DNA from: Lophium mytilinum
Lineage: Eukaryota
DNA length: 64,000 nucleotides
Direction: 5' to 3'
Assembly (NCBI GenBank): GCA_010093605.1
Contig: MU004186.1
Location: 699,765-763,764 of the forward strand
The notes under the pieces were generated by a model. The model made no database searches and was not told the origin of the DNA. It was given only the letters and a program-made list of their open reading frames with translations. The translations under genes were made by a program, and so were the position numbers. Positions within the stretch are counted from its first letter, which is position 1, and the number at the start of each line of letters is the position of its first letter. Positions 60,676-64,000 of the stretch are shown here, piece after piece.

Positions 60676-62456
60676 ATGGCCACGCACTCATATACCCAGT
60701 CTCACGCCCGTCGTCGCTCTAAACCCTCGGTTCCCCTTGCTCTCCATGTAGATGCGCCAGGGCCCAACTCCGAATCCCCCCCCTCGCGAATGCCCTCCAT
60801 GGCCTCCTTCCTGCGCCGCTCTTCGGCCAATTATGAGTTGCTCCCCCGGACCTCCTCAGACACCGGCGACCGCCATGAAATCGAAGAATCGGCCTACACT
60901 CATCGAACGCCCCCAGCCATTCTCTCGTGGCTCCCGTTCTTTCGCACCAGCCGACGGCCCTCGAACTCCAAAGGAACAACTGCATACAGATTTCTCCGCC
61001 CTCGGAGGCACAGAGGATCTTTATTTCGCTATACAAAATGGGCCTTGATTGTGCTTCCGTACTTTCTCGCTGCCCTGGTCTTGTTCGTGGCAGCCTTTCT
61101 ACCATCTTATACCCACCGCCCGAAGCATTACAACGAACTTCGCGCAAGAGCTGAGGCCTCCTCTGAGCCAGGACGAGCCAATATAAATCAGGAAAAGGTC
61201 TTCATTGCGGCTAGTGTATATGACAACGATGGCATGCTGGCCGGAGGGGCCTGGGGAGATGCTCTGATCGGTCTTGTGGATCTGCTTGGACCGGAAAATG
61301 TCTACCTGAGCGTGTACGAGAACGATCCAGATCCAGGGTCGAGAAAAGCCCTAGAGAACTTTGAGAAGAGAGTCACATGTAAGGCGCTTTCTTGCGCTTC
61401 GTAAACTGCCTAGCTGACCAAACAGGCAATTCATCCATAGTTGCAGAGCACCTTGAGCTCGACAGCATCCCCCGCGTTACTCTGCCCTCGGGCGAAAAGC
61501 GTGTAAAGCGAATCGCCTTCCTGGCAGAAGTACGGAACCGCGCCTTACGTCCTCTCGAAACCGCTGGCATCACATTCGACAAGCTGTTCTTCATAAACGA
61601 TGTCGTCTTCGATCCCATCGAAGCCGCACAACTCCTCTTTTCGACCAAAGTGGACTCGAACGGGCGCACTCAATACGGTGCCGCTTGCGCCGTCGACTTC
61701 ATCAACCCCTTCAAATTCTACGACCGTTTCGCTACCCGCGACCTCGACGGCTACAGCATGGGCATCCCCTTCTTCCCCTGGGTCACCGATGCTGGCTCTG
61801 CGGGGAGTCGACGCGACCTCATCGCCAATAAGGACGCCGTCCGCGTTCGCAGCTGCTGGGGCGGCATGACTGCCTTCGAAGCACGCTGGTTCCAGACCGC
61901 TAGCATCACCTCCGCACTTTCCATCTCCGAATCACCCCCTCCTACCTCTCCACTCCGTTTCCGCTTCGAAAAGGACATATTCTGGGACTCTTCTGAATGC
62001 TGCCTCATAAACGCCGACCTGCAGCATCGCCGCTCTGGGCTCAACGTGACCGAAGATACAGGCATTTACATGAACCCGTTCGTGCGTGTCGCGTATGACT
62101 CAAACACCCTCTCCTGGCTCGCCCTCACCCGTCGCCCCGAGCGCCTTTACTCATTGATTCACAACATCCTGAGTCACATGGTGGGCATGCCACTTTTCAA
62201 CCCACGTCGCACGGAGCAGCCTGGCGAGCAAGCGACGGACAAAGTCTGGCAGTATGACAACCCTGATGCCGTCTTCTCCGGGAATTCGACTGTGGAGGGC
62301 TTTAAAGGCGCATATCACGACGTTGAGCGCCTAGCGAGCCCAGGCGGCTTCTGTGGTGGCAGGAAGCTGTTGCTTATTAACGAAAACTCAGCGCAAGGGG
62401 AGGGGAAATGGGTTAATCTACCTATCCCTATACCTGCTGGAGGACAAGCCACGTAG
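60676..62456 (+). CDS. GT69 (Cap59/Cmt1-like) mannosyltransferase-family protein
   Basis: N-terminal TM; KVFIAA, LLGPENVYLSVYEND, RIAFLAEVRNRAL.PL, FINDV, YGAACAVDF, KFYDRFATRD, VRSCWGGM, SECCLINAD. One intron ~61379-61426. Confidence 0.92.
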
Positions 62457-63105
62457 TAACGGATTTTGCTTTGCATGTAAATGGTTGGGCCTCAGGCTTG
62501 TACGATACCATGGCGATCTCGGTTACCTTTTGTTTTTAGATGCATAGCGAAGGCGTTTACTGGAATGGATTGGATCGGAGGCATTTGAAGTCGAGACCCT
62601 GTTGTATCTTCTCATTGGTGGTTATGACGGTGTTTTAATGCTGGATTCTGTTACTTATAACGAAGTGGAACTCTGGCAATTCGACGATCACTGCCATATA
62701 GATACCCAGAGCATAAACATATATCTGCGGCTTGTACCTTGAACTGGAGATGTGACAGAGTGACCAGCTTCAAAATCGACCTTTGTGTAATAAGCGCGCG
62801 GTGAATGGCTGCGGTGTTTCCGGCTAGAACAAATGAAGTTAGCGAGCCGAAGGCAAACTTGGCTGAATTGGACATCAAGGTAGGTGCTTTCATGATGCAG
62901 CAGCAAGTGGCCATCACGACTCATTCCAACATCCTCGTCTCCCCCAACCTTTACGACGTAACTTCATCAAGCTCTAAGCTGTTTTGTGTTTCATCGGGAT
63001 ATTGGATACCGTTCTCCCAAGCACAGTAGCACCTGCAAGTACCCGTCAGACGAGCCACCTGCTGTTGGTACCCGGACGAGGCGAGCCGCCTCAGTTGGGC
63101 CCACG

Positions 63106-64000
63106 ATGCCGTTAGATAATGACACGCGCGGGTGGATCATGTCTACTATAAGCGGGATAGGTACCGTCGCCCAAGAACCCTTTGATTGTGCCTTGCTAAC
63201 GCTGTGTCTGTCTTGAAGCTTGCATCGCTGGAGGTAACGTGATCTCCAGATCGGCACTTTGTGTACAGCAGGCTAACGGCTACAACAGCGTCGGTAATAT
63301 GCATAGACGTTATAGTACGACAGTTTCCAGGGCAAAAGAACTTCAAGATCCAAAACAGCAACAACTTCCTATCATGTTCGTTAAGCTTGAGCTTTGGCGT
63401 CATGGTATGCAAATACTCTGTCGATGAGTGGATTTCCTCACTGACTGACCCGTGACTAGATTTTCTCATCACTATACAGTATGCTTCCTTCCGCAAAACA
63501 GTATTTAAATAGGTCTGGACTCTCTCCCAAAGCTGCTGCTTGGATCACTATTGGGTGCTTTTTGGCCGGAGTCGTTGGCATCCAACTTATTTCACGTCTC
63601 ATACATCGTTATATTCCTCACGAAACAGTCGACTGCGACCATGCTCACGATGAAGAGGAAGGAGAAGAAATTCAAGAATGTGACGAACACCAGAAGAGCC
63701 CAAAGTGGATGCGGGATCCTGGATTTCGGAAACAACATCATTCCTATATTGGCTCAGAGTCTGCCGTTAGCACAGATCTTGATTCAGAGCATGTAAACGG
63801 CGAACACTCCCACGTCGGCAACGGAACCCATCACAGCGATACAGACCATAGAAGACCATCATTACAACAAATGGTTAGCGGTCTCGTTACTGGATCAAAA
63901 CGGCTCTGTGATGAGGACGGCCAATGTTTTGGCTACTCAGATCCATGCGGTCAGGACTGCTTCAAAATCGTCCAATCCAGAGGAGGCACCAGAGCCCATC
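63106..64000 (+). CDS. ZIP-family metal (Zn) transporter, Zrt3-like; 3' end beyond window
   Basis: MPLDNDTRGWIMSTISGI|ACIAG|ASVICID...FLSCSLSLSFGVM|IFSSLYSMLPSAKQYL, then His-rich loop DCDHAH and C.G.S.PC...C. Runs off the window end. Confidence 0.85.

Overview
Eukaryotic, gene-dense DNA with GT-AG introns and CTRAC branch sites, from a filamentous ascomycete (Pezizomycotina; class not determinable here). About 27 protein-coding genes. Housekeeping genes: RRM protein, RMD1, calmodulin, TLG2, PKA catalytic subunit, PRP38, ATG33, SPS19, ADH, GT8-like, GT69 and a partial ZIP transporter. Plant-cell-wall genes: flavin-only CDH-like AA3_1, CBM1-GH5_7 mannanase and an AA9 LPMO. The rest is accessory DNA. 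The best candidate for an undescribed system is a tandem pair of five-exon paralogues (32432-35088 and 36157-39574, minus strand). They encode divergent GHKL (Hsp90/MutL/MORC-fold) ATPase-like proteins with NLS-like tails, and sit about 470 bp from a compact element of telomeric repeats plus an 18-19-bp tandem array. Other notable signals: repeated sharp C-rich-to-G-rich strand-skew switches, a 9-bp array that reads as a RIP-mutated Glu-Gln-Gln coding repeat, a small Cys/His 'MC...' gene cluster with ~167-bp repeats, a 1857-aa F-box-like/SAP protein and a DUF6546-like pseudogene. All gene models were read by eye and no database searches were run. No tRNA, rRNA or intact transposase was recognised.
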